NCBI GenBank assembly: GCA_040903985.1 | Contig: JBBDUI010000002.1 | Coordinates: forward strand, 262,038 to 326,037 | DNA length: 64,000 nucleotides | From: Candidatus Saccharimonadales bacterium | Lineage (GTDB): Bacteria > Patescibacteriota > Saccharimonadia > QS-5-54-17 | Reading direction: 5' to 3' | In this document: piece by piece, positions 27,969 through 37,199 of the stretch | How the letters are laid out: the number at the start of each line of letters is the position of its first letter | How positions within the stretch are numbered: position 1 is the stretch's first letter | Translations under genes and position numbers: made by a program | The notes under the pieces: generated by a model | Told to the model about the DNA's origin: nothing | The model's database searches: none | What the model saw: only the letters and a program-made list of their open reading frames with translations

Positions 27969-29807
27969 CTACAGCTCGAGCAGAAAATCGGCCACCGCTT
28001 CCAGCTTAACCTTCGTCTCGCCAGCTTGGGTGCGGACGCTGACCTCGCCGGCCATCTCGTCTTTTGGCCCGACGATCAAAATCACCGGTACTTTCGCGGT
28101 TTCGGCCTCCCGAATCTTCTTACCTAGTGACTCGTTGCGATCATCGACGGTAAAGCGCAGTTCATTATATTTAACCGGTTCATTTAGTACTACCTCAGCT
28201 AATTCCGTTGTAACTTTATCTATATATGAGCTAACTGCATCGTTAATACTCAAGATGCGGATCTGCTCTGGAGCGAGCCAGAACGGGAAGCGACCGGCAG
28301 TGTGTTCGATATAGACGGAGAGGAAACGCTCAAACGAGCCGAGCAGGGCGGCATGGATCATGACCGGAGTCTGCCGCTCACCGGCCTCGTCAATATACTC
28401 CAAGCCGAAGCGTCCGGGTTGCACGAAATCTAACTGCACTGTAGCTACTTGCCATTCTCGTGCTAGCGCATCCACTGCGATGAAATCGATCTTCGGTCCG
28501 TAGAAAGCGGCCTCTCCGGCTACGACGCTATAGTCCAGCTTCTCGGCCCGGGCGATAGTCTCCAAGGTCTCCTGCGCCTGCGCCCACAGCTCTGCGTCAC
28601 CCAGCCACTTATCGCTCTCATCCTTAAAAGAAAGACTAAATCTTAACTGCATATCTACCTGAGCGTACAACTCCTGCGCGGCCTCGACCAACTCCTTTAT
28701 ACTAGCCTCAATCTGATCTGGTCGGGCAAACACGTGTGAATCGTCCTGCGTAATCGAACGCACCCGACTCAGACCGTGCAGCTCGCCCGACTTCTCGTCC
28801 CGATAGACCGTAGTATTTTCCATGTACTTCACCGGTAGATCACGATAGCTGCGCGGCTTAGAGGCGTAGAGTTGTGTATGATGTGGGCAGTTCATCGACT
28901 TAAGCACTAGGGTATCGGAGCTCTCCTGAGAGTTGATGATTAATAGCTCGTCTTTAAACTTATCCCAATGCCCAGAAGTCTGATACAGCTCGTGCTTAGC
29001 TAGATGCGGTATCCATACCGCCTCAAACCCACGCTTAGCACGCAGCTGCTGCGTGTAGCGCGCCAGCAGGTCCCGCAGCACGGTACCCTTAGGAGTGAAC
29101 AGCGGTAAGCCAGAGCCGACCAGATCAGAGAAGGTGAACAGCTCCAGATCAGCCCCTAACTTACGGTGATCCCGCGCCTTGGCCTCCTCTCGCTGCTGCT
29201 GATACGCGGCCAACTCAGCGGAACTGGAGAAGGCCAGACCGTAAATCCGAGTAAGCATCGCCCGCGACTCGTCTCCACGCCAGTAGGCCCCTGCTACGGT
29301 ATCGAGCGTGAAGGCGCAGGGATCAAGCGCCTGCGCTAGATCAGCGACATGACCACCGCGACAAAGCTCTACCGCGTGCTCAGCCCCTACAGCCTCTCCG
29401 CTCGCTTTAGTGCTAAGGATATCCTCTACCGTAGGTAGAGGATCGGCTGGACCGGAGTAGTACAGTGTAAGCGGTTGCCCCTGCTCGCTCAGTTCGGCAA
29501 TCAGCTCAAGCTTATACGGGTTATGGGCAAAAACCTGCGCTGCTGCCTCCGCTGTGACTGGAATCTCATGAAAACCGTGCCAACTCGGTAGGATCTCCCG
29601 CATCCGCTGCTCTATCTGTAGTAAGTCATCTTGAGAGATAGCCCCGTCGTTGAGATCAAAATCGTAATAAAAACCGTTACTAACGGCCGGCCCAATAGTT
29701 GGCTTTGCCTCAGGATAGAGGTCAACTACGGCGGCGGCCAACAAATGCGCCAAGCTATGACGCAAGGCTCTCAGGTCATCATTGGTCTGCTTCACACCGT
29801 GCTTCAT
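27969..29807 (-). CDS. thrS: threonine--tRNA ligase
   Basis: LRHSLAHLLA, RDHRKLG, MNCPHH, AFYGPKID, TVQLDF; start at ATG 29807 after TATACT. Confidence 0.96.
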   Translation of the reverse strand: MKHGVKQTNDDLRALRHSLAHLLAAAVVDLYPEAKPTIGPAVSNGFYYDFDLNDGAISQDDLLQIEQRMREILPSWHGFHEIPVTAEAAAQVFAHNPYKLELIAELSEQGQPLTLYYSGPADPLPTVEDILSTKASGEAVGAEHAVELCRGGHVADLAQALDPCAFTLDTVAGAYWRGDESRAMLTRIYGLAFSSSAELAAYQQQREEAKARDHRKLGADLELFTFSDLVGSGLPLFTPKGTVLRDLLARYTQQLRAKRGFEAVWIPHLAKHELYQTSGHWDKFKDELLIINSQESSDTLVLKSMNCPHHTQLYASKPRSYRDLPVKYMENTTVYRDEKSGELHGLSRVRSITQDDSHVFARPDQIEASIKELVEAAQELYAQVDMQLRFSLSFKDESDKWLGDAELWAQAQETLETIARAEKLDYSVVAGEAAFYGPKIDFIAVDALAREWQVATVQLDFVQPGRFGLEYIDEAGERQTPVMIHAALLGSFERFLSVYIEHTAGRFPFWLAPEQIRILSINDAVSSYIDKVTTELAEVVLNEPVKYNELRFTVDDRNESLGKKIREAETAKVPVILIVGPKDEMAGEVSVRTQAGETKVKLEAVADFLLEL

Positions 29808-29826
29808 CTGCTCCAGTATAACTGAG

Positions 29827-30072
29827 TCAGCCCAGATAGGTAAATCGGGGCTGACTGACACCATTTACTTCTACCGCTTCGATAAACATCGACAGTGGCC
29901 GCACCCATAGTGTCCCCTCGTCATACTCTGCCTGATACACTACCAGCTCCTCCAGAGTCTCACTATGACGAGCTATACCAATCAGCTGATAGTACTTGTC
30001 TTTATAGTGTCGATAGCGACCCAGTCGCAAGCTCTCGGCTGCCGGTGACAGTGACGGTAGATCGCTACTCAT
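29827..30072 (-). CDS. DUF1653 family protein
   Basis: GRYRHYK..Y....ARHSETLEELVVY...LWVRPLSMF...RF. Confidence 0.9.
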   Translation of the reverse strand: MSSDLPSLSPAAESLRLGRYRHYKDKYYQLIGIARHSETLEELVVYQAEYDEGTLWVRPLSMFIEAVEVNGVSQPRFTYLG

Positions 30073-30232
30073 ATCCCACTCCTCTTCTTACTACCTATGG
30101 TAATGCTTCTATTCTACACTTGATAACACGGACGAGGTAATTTTAAACTATGAAACTCACCCCATATATAACCCTTGCATAAGCCATAAAAAATAGCTTG
30201 CAGTAGATAGCTAGCAGCGATACTATAAGGGT

Positions 30233-30295
30233 ACAAAACAAAAAGTTGGGGGCTACAGGAGCTGCGTAAATGCGCACTGTTGTAGCCCCTTTTTT
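30233..30295 (+). ncRNA. candidate ~65-nt small RNA
   Basis: TTGCAG-17-TACTAT (30198-30226) followed by the GGGGCTACA...TGTAGCCCC hairpin and a U tract. Confidence 0.35.
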
Positions 30296-30566
30296 GTTAT
30301 CATTCTCTTCAAGAATAAGCCGGAACAGATTACAGCTGAGCTGGGAAGCGCCAAACACGTACTAAACCAAATATATGTCAGAGCTGGACAGGCTGAGAGC
30401 AACTCAAGCAGAGGGAGCCACCCCTATCTACAACGACTTTATTCCCTAAGATATCCATCACTCAGTGTAAAAAACGCAAACCACCAACCTCTTAGCAGGG
30501 GCCGGCTATACCGAGAATTAACGCTCGGTTCTTATCTGAATTATAACGCGTACAAAAAGATCGATT

Positions 30567-30643
30567 TGGTGGATCTGAGAGGACTCGAACCTCTGACCCC
30601 CTCAACGTCAATGAGGTGCTCTAGCCAACTGAGCTACAGATCC
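30567..30643 (-). tRNA. tRNA-Val(GAC)
   Basis: GGATCTG...CAGATCCACCA; anticodon arm CCTCA-TTGACGT-TGAGG. Confidence 0.95.
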
Positions 30644-30821
30644 ATACCTATCGAATATACTACACCTCTAATCCAGTTTCCACGTTAATTGAGAATTACC
30701 CACCACCCGGCGCCAAAACCGAACATAAGGATATAACCCACTGTTCTTGACAAAAGGCTTGACTTATTGTGTTAGATCCACTACAATCAGTCCTGTTTGC
30801 TTAATATGTGAGGTAAACGTT

Positions 30822-30980
30822 ATGAGTAAACAGCGCAAGCTAAGTAGCTATCCGTTGTTTTATGAGCAGGTTCCTGCAGAGGTACCTGTGGCCGAGCAGC
30901 CCCTCAAACGGCGCCCGGGCCGAAAACCTAAGTTCCCCCGCTTGCCGGAGGACAACGTACTCGAGAATCTCGAGCAATAA
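30822..30980 (+). CDS. 52-aa small protein with an AT-hook-like KRRPGRKPK motif
   Basis: promoter TTGACT-17-TACAAT (30759-30787), GAGGT SD, hairpin downstream. Confidence 0.6.
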   Translation: MSKQRKLSSYPLFYEQVPAEVPVAEQPLKRRPGRKPKFPRLPEDNVLENLEQ

Positions 30981-31129
30981 GCCGCTCTATACCCTACATA
31001 TCCCCATGATCCAGCGCGATTATGGGGATATTTCTATTTTGAATTACTTATAATTACCTAATGTAACAGGGGCAGAACGAGAAAATATAGACTTATCCAC
31101 AGCTTTCCACTTGTGTTTCTGACAGCGGC

Positions 31130-31147
31130 ATGACAATATATAGTCAT
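31130..31147. promoter_or_regulatory. NrdR-box-like palindrome upstream of nrdR
   Basis: ATGACAATATATAGTCAT contains the ACwATATATwGT core; DnaA box TTATCCACA at 31093-31101. Confidence 0.5.
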
Positions 31148-31270
31148 GGTACGAACAAAGAGACGTACCACAAAAACGAGTGATGTGAATTTGTTGTTTT
31201 AACAAATCTAAAAGAACAGTCCCGCCTCTGGCGGGACTGTTCCATAACAGATTAATAAGGAGAGATTAAG

Positions 31271-31717
31271 GTGCACTGCCCCTTCTGTGGTCACAAGCGG
31301 ACCGAAGTTTATAATAGTCGCAATACCAGCCAGTCCCGTCGTATATGGCGCAGACGCCGCTGCAGGCGCTGTCAGCGGGCCTTTACCACTTATGAAGCTA
31401 GTGACCTCAGTTGGCTCACTATCTCCAAGCAGGCGGGCCACAGCGAGCCCTACATACGATCAAAGCTACTGGTAAGCTTGCACCATGCCTGTCAGGGGCT
31501 AGACAATCACATCGAGATGATCGATGCCCTGACTAATACTGTCGAGGATCAGCTTATCGGCCTGCAACAGGAGACGATATCGGCCCGCGAAGTTGCCGAT
31601 ACCACTCTGACCATCTTGAAGCGCTTCCATACCAGTGCTTACTTACGCTACCTCTCCTACCGCGGGGACTTAGCCAGTTCGGCCCATCTCAAAGAAACCG
31701 TAACTAACTTACAGTAA
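31271..31717 (+). CDS. nrdR: transcriptional repressor NrdR
   Basis: CPFC...V.NSR...RRRRC..C...FTTYE followed by an ATP cone. Confidence 0.9.
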   Translation: MHCPFCGHKRTEVYNSRNTSQSRRIWRRRRCRRCQRAFTTYEASDLSWLTISKQAGHSEPYIRSKLLVSLHHACQGLDNHIEMIDALTNTVEDQLIGLQQETISAREVADTTLTILKRFHTSAYLRYLSYRGDLASSAHLKETVTNLQ

Positions 31718-31757
31718 CGCGGCCCAGACAGGGTTCAATCCCACTCAGACGAGTAGT

Positions 31758-32459
31758 TTACTCGTCTTCCTTCTCTAGGGTAGGCTTATCATCTTCGCCC
31801 TCTTCGTCGTCAGACTCATCTGGCGCACCGTGCTCAGAAGCCACCTGCTCTTCGGCATCGGCCGCAATCGCTTCATCCAGTTCTTCTAGCTCTTCCTCAC
31901 TACGCGGTGGATCAATCTTTACGATCAGCTCTTCGGGGTCGGATAACAGTTCTACACCTTCCGGTATAGTGATGTCGCTGACATGAACGGCGGCGTTAAT
32001 CTCTTCCAGCTGCTCCAAATCGACAGTGAAGCTTTCCGGCAGCTTATTCGGCAGTGCCTTTACTTCGATACTCTCTAGGTTCTGAACTAAAATTCCATCG
32101 TGATTATAAGTGGCCGGAGCCGTACCTTCGAAGTGGATCGGAATCTCGGTCTCGATCTCCTCGTCCATCTTCACCGTATAGAGGTCGAAATGCATCAACG
32201 CCCCACTAACCGGATCGTGCTGGACATCGACAAACAAGGTGTTAAGCGCCGTCTTCTTATCATCAATCTTCAGCTGGATCAGACGGTTAGTGCCGGCGCG
32301 GTTATATACCTTAGATAGCTCTACCCCGTAAGCTGCGATAACCTGAGCGTCACCCCCCTGCCCATACACTACTCCGGGAATCAGTCCTTCACGGCGTAGA
32401 CCAGCTACGGCCTTTCCGGTCGCTTGGCGTAATTTAGCCTGTAATACTACATCTTGCAC
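31758..32459 (-). CDS. rplY: 50S ribosomal protein L25/Ctc
   Basis: LRREGLIPGVVYG, VQHDPV...HFDLY; acidic tail. Confidence 0.93.
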   Translation of the reverse strand: MQDVVLQAKLRQATGKAVAGLRREGLIPGVVYGQGGDAQVIAAYGVELSKVYNRAGTNRLIQLKIDDKKTALNTLFVDVQHDPVSGALMHFDLYTVKMDEEIETEIPIHFEGTAPATYNHDGILVQNLESIEVKALPNKLPESFTVDLEQLEEINAAVHVSDITIPEGVELLSDPEELIVKIDPPRSEEELEELDEAIAADAEEQVASEHGAPDESDDEEGEDDKPTLEKEDE

Positions 32460-32538
32460 GGGGTGCGAACTCCTTTAAACACTCGAAGCATAATTATACA
32501 CATAGTAGTTTAAGGTGACAAACTCCCACCCATTCCCC

Positions 32539-33576
32539 TTATTGGGCGCCCGCAGCTCGCAAACGCACTAAACTGACGGTTACCACTAGTAGGATCATCA
32601 ACACCAGAAAGGCCGCCACCCCGCCGTAGATGAGGGCCGTTAGGCCGATCGCTGCTGCCACCAGATAGAGATGTGTGACGACTTGCGGCTGAGTCAGGCC
32701 GGAATCGAGCAGTAGATGATGGATATGCCCCCTATCCGGCGAGAACGGTGAGCGGCGATTATATAGCCGCCGCGTCACAGCCCAGATCGCATCGAAGATG
32801 GCCACGCCCAGCACTAGTACACCAACCGCTATCTTCGAACCGGAATAGATAGTTATAACGGCCAGAATCAGGCCGATCGTATAGGCCCCGCTATCACCCA
32901 TAATGATAGAGGACGGATGCCAGTTATAGAGCAGAAAGCCTAGCAGTGAACCAGCTAGGATAACCGCCATCATCGCTAGTCCCGGATCGTCGATCGCTGG
33001 TGTCAGCGCTAGCACAAACAGTACCACAGCCGCTATCACGCAGACCCCCGCCGCTAGCCCGTCCATACCATCAAGAAAGTTAACGGTATTCACGATACCG
33101 ACGATCCAGAGGATGCTGACCAGATTAGCTACCGGAAGAATATTAAAGCTAAGACTACCTAGCTCCATCGGAATCCGCCAATCATCTAGAAAAATAGAGC
33201 CCCCACCGAAGGGATTAGTAGCGGCCACTATACCGATTCCTCCGGCTAAGACGGCGATGGCGGCCACTATCTGCCAGGGCAGTTTTCGCCAAGCGCTGAG
33301 ACCTTTGATATCATCCACCAGACCAACCACAAACATTATCACCAGACCGATTAGGAAACCCCACAGTCGTCGATCCAGTTCAAACTGAAGCAGAAACGGC
33401 ACTATGAAGCCGAGGAATATAGCTATTCCACCGATACGTGGCAGAGGCTGAGTATGAATTTTACGTACATTTGGCAGATCTACCGCCCCGATGCGTGCCG
33501 CTAATCGCTTAACCATGGGTATGGCTACGGCGACGATAGTAAAGGCCAAAACGAAAGTAAGTAAATAGTTAAGCAC
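32539..33576 (-). CDS. MraY/WecA/TagO family undecaprenyl-phosphate GlcNAc-1-phosphate transferase
   Basis: RKIH..P.PRIGG, GLVDD, NFLDGMDGLA, MGDSG, DRGHIHH. Confidence 0.9.
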   Translation of the reverse strand: MLNYLLTFVLAFTIVAVAIPMVKRLAARIGAVDLPNVRKIHTQPLPRIGGIAIFLGFIVPFLLQFELDRRLWGFLIGLVIMFVVGLVDDIKGLSAWRKLPWQIVAAIAVLAGGIGIVAATNPFGGGSIFLDDWRIPMELGSLSFNILPVANLVSILWIVGIVNTVNFLDGMDGLAAGVCVIAAVVLFVLALTPAIDDPGLAMMAVILAGSLLGFLLYNWHPSSIIMGDSGAYTIGLILAVITIYSGSKIAVGVLVLGVAIFDAIWAVTRRLYNRRSPFSPDRGHIHHLLLDSGLTQPQVVTHLYLVAAAIGLTALIYGGVAAFLVLMILLVVTVSLVRLRAAGAQ

Positions 33577-33579
33577 AAG

Positions 33580-33969
33580 TTATCCTAACTGGGCTAATAA
33601 GGTGTGCGTGACGACGATAGCAAAGATATTAATCACAATTGCTCCCAGCAAGAGGAAAAAGCTGGTGATCCGACTCTTCTCAAAAGCTACCACTGCTAGA
33701 GCGATATTGCCTAGAGTAACCAGTAGGCTGTAGACCCCATAACCGTAAATCAAACGCCAATCCCCCAGTCGAGTCAGACCGGCACCGCTGACATACTCGA
33801 GCGGTACCACGAAGCCGGTCGGACGCAGGCGAATCAGCAGCTGACCAATCTGCACCATACACAACAATAGCGCGATGATGAGAAACCAGCGCAGAAACTT
33901 ATCGCGCAGAATCCGCTGCTGCTTCAAAAACTCAATCGGACGCTCTATCAGAATTGCTCGTATATTCAT
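33580..33969 (-). CDS. hypothetical membrane protein
   Basis: three TM segments; TATAAT 9 nt before ATG. Confidence 0.7.
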   Translation of the reverse strand: MNIRAILIERPIEFLKQQRILRDKFLRWFLIIALLLCMVQIGQLLIRLRPTGFVVPLEYVSGAGLTRLGDWRLIYGYGVYSLLVTLGNIALAVVAFEKSRITSFFLLLGAIVINIFAIVVTHTLLAQLG

Positions 33970-34116
33970 CTGGTGGCTATTATAGCGGTTTTATGGAATA
34001 AACGGCAAAGGTTTCCTGCGACCCGCTTTCTGCTACGCAAAAAATCCGCTTCAGACCGAGGACAAGCACTCATCAGAAATTAAAAAACCACCCTAACGGG
34101 CGGTCATTAATTTCTC

Positions 34117-35460
34117 CTGGCGGGCCGTTACTTTGCAGGTGTGGAACTACTTTGTGCTAAACAATTCAGTTCAGACAAAACTTAAGTAGCCTTATTAAAA
34201 GCTATGTTATCTGGGTTGACACCATTTGCCGTAGCAGTACGACGTGCTAAGTCACGGAACATTGCACGAGCTTCTTCACCTTGTTTGCCGGCGGCACGGG
34301 TCTTTTCGGCGGCGTAACTAAATATCTTTTCCCTATGGGACGTTAATGATGTACCTGGTATTTGTACCGGTTCGTCACCAACTGCAATTCCTTCTGCTAC
34401 ATTTTGTGGAATACGAGAAGTCTCACGGTCCTTAAAAGCGTCTGGGCTATCTTTAGCTAAGGCGATAACCATGCCAAGTACATCATCAGAGTGCTTGCCG
34501 TCCACATAGACGACAATTCCATCACCACGTAATCCACTTGTTTCATGTCCCATAGCCTTGCCTTTATGGGCACTGGCTGCTTCTGGTGCTCTTTGGAGCA
34601 TTTTAAGTTGCATAGAGATGCCCGCTTCATTAGCGGTCTGCAAAAGCTTCTCAAACAGTTCTGGCGTAGCTTCCATATCGGGGTTTAAGTAAATTCGCTT
34701 GTCTAACACCTCATCTTTGCCAGCCATTTTTTCGTGTACTCGACTATCTGTATATGCCATAACAAACACGCCGCCAAACTGGCGTTGTATCTTAAAGTTA
34801 GGTCGCACGTCGAGCGCACCTTTACTCTGAGCGTCTAGTACATCCGTACCGTCAACCTTAAAGCCACGATACTCTACAGCTCCCACAGGGAAATTACGGG
34901 TATCACCGTTACACCAATCTACGATTTCATTAGCAGCCTGTGGAGCTTCTTCGCCAAGATGGGCCAGAAATTCTTCTTTGGCTTGCCAAACCTGTCCACG
35001 TCGTTCTTGAGCTTGTTCAGGACTGCTACTGCGGGCTACGGCAACTTTAAGGTTACGAGCAAGCATTTCTGTTGTACGAAGATACAGTCCTGCAATGCGT
35101 TCTGGGCTCTCAATAACTTCTTTATCTTTTGCGATACTCTCAACATTATCAAGATAGCCTTTAATTCCAACCTTTTCGTTACCTAACCGTAAATCACCGC
35201 CAATAGCTCCGTCAATGAAGGTGTCAGAAAGGTGTTTTTTGGCTTCTTGAGCTTGCTCAAAAGTCTCGTACCTAACTTTTAAGTCAGTAGCCGTGATGTT
35301 TCCACCTAGCTGGGAAGGGTCAGCAGCAATATACTCTTGAGCCGTCATATTGTGACGTTGAGCTGTTTCTGGTGAATATGGGTAAGTTCTGACATGTTTT
35401 TATTTTAGCGTAATACTAAAATAGTACCACAAAAATGGTACTAAGTCAATCTGGCGGGCC
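34117..35460. mobile_element. ~1.3-kb genomic islet at the tRNA-Asp 3' end
   Basis: CTGGCGGGCC repeated at 34117-34126 and 35451-35460; AT-richer interior; terminator-like hairpin just beyond the distal copy. Confidence 0.55.
34182..35348 (-). CDS. protein with a C-terminal HopA1-like domain
   Basis: KRIYLNP...LKML...RGDGIVVY...GIAVGDEP...SLTSHR motif order. Confidence 0.6.
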   Translation of the reverse strand: MTAQEYIAADPSQLGGNITATDLKVRYETFEQAQEAKKHLSDTFIDGAIGGDLRLGNEKVGIKGYLDNVESIAKDKEVIESPERIAGLYLRTTEMLARNLKVAVARSSSPEQAQERRGQVWQAKEEFLAHLGEEAPQAANEIVDWCNGDTRNFPVGAVEYRGFKVDGTDVLDAQSKGALDVRPNFKIQRQFGGVFVMAYTDSRVHEKMAGKDEVLDKRIYLNPDMEATPELFEKLLQTANEAGISMQLKMLQRAPEAASAHKGKAMGHETSGLRGDGIVVYVDGKHSDDVLGMVIALAKDSPDAFKDRETSRIPQNVAEGIAVGDEPVQIPGTSLTSHREKIFSYAAEKTRAAGKQGEEARAMFRDLARRTATANGVNPDNIAFNKAT

Positions 35461-35529
35461 CGACCGGATTCGAACCGGCGATCTCCTCCGTGACAGGGAG
35501 GCGTGATAGGCCTACTTCACTACGAGCCC
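35452..35529 (-). tRNA. tRNA-Asp(GTC)
   Basis: GGGCTCG...CGGGCCCGCCA; anticodon arm CCTCC-CTGTCAC-GGAGG. Confidence 0.95.
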
Positions 35530-35590
35530 GCGTCAATCACCAGTTAATTGTAGATGAGAGTGGGTCAGCATACAATTAACAAGCTCATAT

Positions 35591-35650
35591 ATAGTAACAA
35601 CAATGCTATATCGAGGGCAATTGCCCTCGATATAGCATTAAATATATACT
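35591..35650. promoter_or_regulatory. back-to-back tRNA promoters built on a perfect 38-bp palindrome
   Basis: palindrome 35602-35639 supplies TTGCCC on both strands, each 18 nt from a TAnnnT hexamer. Confidence 0.55.
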
Positions 35651-35664
35651 GATACGGATCACTT

Positions 35665-35740
35665 GCCACCTTAGCTCAGTTGGTAGAGCGACACTTTCGT
35701 AAAGTGTAGGTCGCCGGTTCGATTCCGGCAGGTGGCTCCA
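35665..35740 (+). tRNA. tRNA-Thr(CGT)
   Basis: GCCACCT...AGGTGGCTCCA; anticodon arm ACACT-TTCGTAA-AGTGT. Confidence 0.95.
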
Positions 35741-36002
35741 CGTCGGAACTCATGTTTAGTTTCCACCATTGCAACACCAGCTAACGCTCTGCTTGCAATG
35801 GCTCCAACTTAACATGGTTCCTCCTTACAAACTGAAAACACCATAAGATGTTTCCAGTTTGGCTTAAGCTTCGTAGAACTAAGCGAAGTAAAATCCCTCC
35901 ATAGCCTTGGCGACGGAGGGATTTTTGTTTTCAAGCAGAAATTCTACTTTTTTACGCGATTGCGTATTTTAGTAAAACCCCCGCAAGACTAAGTATCCAA
36001 GC

Positions 36003-36030
36003 AATAGCCTCGCTAATTAGCGAGGCTATT
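36003..36030. terminator. palindromic terminator downstream of the PPIase gene
   Basis: AATAGCCTCGCT-aatt-AGCGAGGCTATT. Confidence 0.65.
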
Positions 36031-36053
36031 TTATTACACTAAGTAACTAGTCT

Positions 36054-37199
36054 TTACTCTTCAGTACCCTCTTCCTGGGGTGGCTCGGTGGTCTCTGGCT
36101 GCTGGGGCTCGGATGAGACACCGATGTAGTTTCTAACCTCGACCTCATCAAGTCGGCGCTGGATCTCACCTTGAACCGAGCTAGGGTCGATAAGAATGTG
36201 GGACACCCGTAAGCCCTCCTCCTCATCTCGCTCTGTAGCCTTGATGATGTGGTAGCCGTACTGGCTCTCGACTAGGCCGCTGACCTCCCCAGGCTCTAAA
36301 GCGAGAGCTGCGTCAAGGAATTCCGGCACAAACTGGGTTTCGTCGGTGACAAAGCCTAAGTCTCCACCTTCACTAGCACTACCATCACTTGAGAACTCAC
36401 GGGCTAATTCAGCAAAGTCCTCGCCAGCTTCCACTCGGGCTAATACCACCTCGGCCTCCTGCTCTGCTAACTTCTGCTGTAGTAGCTGTACGTGGATTAC
36501 GCTACGGAAATCGCTTAGATTCCAGCCGTAAAAGCTCTCGATAGCTTCTTCTAATTGCTCTTCCCCGCCCTCATTCTCAATGTACTGCTGGATGGTTTCA
36601 TCTAGCTCTTCTTTAGATACACTCACCTCACGCTCCCGGGCTAGCTCTTCGACGACTACCTTGCGCTGGGCTTCTGCCATAGCGAGCGTACGTAAGGTCT
36701 CAAGCTGAGCCTGACCCTCCTCAGTGGTAAAGTCGATGCCCTCACCACCGCCGATCGGATTAGAGGAGTAGCTCTTCAGCGAACGTAGCTCAAACAGATA
36801 CTCCCGGTAGGTCACATAAGACCCCCCAGCACAAAGTGCCGGATATGGTAGTAGCTGGGCCGAACCATCTACACATGCAGCTGGATACGGGATGATGCGA
36901 GAAGCTCCGTACACCAGATCACTATCACTTTTAAAACGATAGATTAGGAGAGCGAACAGCAGCACGATACCGACTAGCAACACACCGATGATAATACCGG
37001 TGATCTTCAGTGCCTTTTGTGGGTTGAGGCTCATCGGCTTGATGTAGTTCTTGCCCCGCTCTAGGATACTGGCACGTTCGGCATCTATATCGTTATCTAC
37101 TGGAGTATCGGCTAACGCATCCGCAGGAGCTTCCGCTACACCTTCATCCCCTTTACGGTTGAGTTTACGCTTCAGCTGTTCTAGCTTCTTTTTCATCAT
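36054..37199 (-). CDS. PrsA/SurA-type peptidyl-prolyl isomerase (parvulin)
   Basis: TM anchor; GEDFAELAREFSSD.SASEGGDLG...SQYGYHII. Confidence 0.88.
   Translation of the reverse strand: MMKKKLEQLKRKLNRKGDEGVAEAPADALADTPVDNDIDAERASILERGKNYIKPMSLNPQKALKITGIIIGVLLVGIVLLFALLIYRFKSDSDLVYGASRIIPYPAACVDGSAQLLPYPALCAGGSYVTYREYLFELRSLKSYSSNPIGGGEGIDFTTEEGQAQLETLRTLAMAEAQRKVVVEELAREREVSVSKEELDETIQQYIENEGGEEQLEEAIESFYGWNLSDFRSVIHVQLLQQKLAEQEAEVVLARVEAGEDFAELAREFSSDGSASEGGDLGFVTDETQFVPEFLDAALALEPGEVSGLVESQYGYHIIKATERDEEEGLRVSHILIDPSSVQGEIQRRLDEVEVRNYIGVSSEPQQPETTEPPQEEGTEE

Noticed and set aside
30143-30358. 71-aa hydrophobic ORF as a type I toxin
   Set aside because: No SD, and it crosses both the terminator hairpin and the opposing promoter
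30240-30540. T-box leader for thrS, or SRP RNA
   Set aside because: No T-box GGTGGNACCGCG or SRP helix-8 motif, and thrS has its own proximal -10
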